Assembly: GCF_006345805.1 (NCBI RefSeq)
Contig: NC_043011.1
Location: 41,242,464-41,306,463, forward strand
Reading direction: 5' to 3'
Source of the DNA: Octopus sinensis
Taxonomy: Eukaryota
Length of the DNA: 64,000 bases
Made by a program: the position numbers and the translations under genes. The notes beneath the pieces are model-generated. The model was given only the letters and a program-made list of their open reading frames with translations, did not search any database and was not told where the DNA came from. Positions 62,470 to 64,000 of the stretch are shown here, in pieces. Each line of letters opens with the position of its first letter. Positions within the stretch are counted from its first letter, which is position 1.

Positions 62470-63800
62470 GTCCTGACGGGTCTTCTCATTCACAGCATAT
62501 TTCCAAAGGTCTTGGTCACTAGTCATTGCCTCGGTGAGACCTAATGTTCGAAGGTCGTGCTTCACTACCTCGTCCCAGGTTTTCCTGGGTCTATCTCTTC
62601 CACAGGTTCCCTCAATGGCTAGAGTGTGGCACTTTTTCACACACCTATCTTCATCCATTCTCGCCACATGACCATACCAGCACAATCGTCTCTCTTACAC
62701 ACCATAACTGATGTTTCTTAGATCCAACTTTTCTCTCAAGGTACTTACACTCTGTCGAGTATGAACACTGACATTACACATCCATCGGAGCATACTGGCT
62801 TCATTCCTTGTGAGCTTACGCATATCCTCAGCAGTCAGGGCCCATGTTTCACTGCCATGTAGCATGGCTGTTCATACACATGCATCATACTGTCTACCTT
62901 TTACTCTGAGTGAGAGGCCTTTTGTCACCAGCAGAGATAAGAGCTCTTTGAACTTTGCCCAGGCTATTCTTACTCTAGCAGTTACACTTTCAGCACACCC
63001 AGGTAACGGAAGCTATCAACTACTTCTAGTTTTTCTCCTTGGAATGTGGCGGAAGTTGTTCTCTGCACATTTTCTCAGTGTTTCCAAAGGTCTTGGTCAC
63101 TAGTCATTGCATCTACCATTGCATCACTTTTTCACACACCTATCTTCATCCATTCTCGCCACATGACCATACCAGCGCAATCGTCTCTCTTACACGCCAT
63201 AACTGATGCTTCTTAGATCCAACTTTTCTCTCAAGGTACTTACACTCTGTCGAGTATGAACACTGACATTACACATCCATCGGAGCATACTGGCTTCATT
63301 CCTTGTGAGCTTACGCATATCCTGAGCATCTACCACACACAAAAACTATCTTCCTAGTTAGCCTTCGTTTGACATTGCTGCACCTCTTATGTGTCCATAG
63401 TTTACACTGGGTACATCTTATAGAGTTTCTACCTATGCCTTTTCTACAGATCGAGCAGGGCCATCTACCTGAAGGCGTTTGTGGTTTGTCTACCTTCCTA
63501 CATATTAGGACTTTGGTTTTAGCTCGGTTGACTCTAAGGCCCTTCGATTCTAATCCTTGCTTCCACACCTGAAGCTTCTCCTCCAGTTCTGATAGTGACT
63601 CAGCAATTAGAGGAACTCCCAGGGGCATCCTGTCTTGAATTCCTCTGTTATTGCCTGGAGAACTATGATAAATAGGAGGGGGCTGAGTACTGAACCTTGG
63701 TGGACCCCTTCCTCTACCCGGAATTCTTCACTGTACTCATTGCCAACCCTCACCTTACTAACAGCGTCCCTGTACATGGCTCGCACAGCTCTCACTAACC
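62470..63800 (-). mobile_element. RTE-type LINE fragment, internally rearranged
   Basis: RT motifs GVHQGSVLSPLLFIIVL, ESKGLRVNRAKTK, WYGHVARMDEDRCVKKC; ~200-bp internal duplication. Confidence 0.9.
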
Positions 63801-63869
63801 ATGTATATAAGTGTATGTATATATGTATATATATATATATACATATATACATACACTTATATACATGGT

Positions 63870-63901
<32 letters not shown>

Positions 63902-64000
63902 TGCACTTATATATACACATGCTCGCATATACATCATCAATATGCACATCATTATATACACCCTCATCATAATCATTGCTGTTGCTGTTGTTATTATCAT

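Overview
AT-rich, repeat-dense metazoan genomic DNA, most likely a coleoid cephalopod such as Octopus (inferred from its SINE and microsatellite families; not verifiable here). Two conserved genes sit head-to-head with about 5 kb between their start codons. On the minus strand, a VPS35L/C16orf62 (Retriever subunit) orthologue has 15 GT-AG coding exons in the window (34458 down to 881, 530 codons) and continues past the left edge. On the plus strand, a Misato/MSTO1 orthologue has 9 coding exons (39427 to 61935, 339 codons) and continues past the right edge. Splice phases close in frame across both models. An intact tRNA-Thr(UGU) lies in MSTO1 intron 1. The rest is SINEs, RTE and R4-like LINE fragments, mariner/Tc1, hAT, Helitron and Gypsy relics, MITEs and mini/microsatellites; nearly all long ORFs in the supplied track are low-complexity artefacts. 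Most notable: (1) an inverted, about 96% identical copy of MSTO1 exon 3 plus its donor inside intron 6, predicted to pair with exon 3 and place an A:C mismatch on an Ile codon (candidate ADAR editing guide); (2) several hammerhead-ribozyme motifs, one near-intact upstream of VPS35L and one in a tRNA-headed composite SINE; (3) a STAT/ETS/kB-like minisatellite in the bidirectional promoter interval; (4) Merlin-like MITEs with 8-bp TSDs; (5) a tRNA-Met remnant with a 22-nt insert at the canonical intron position.
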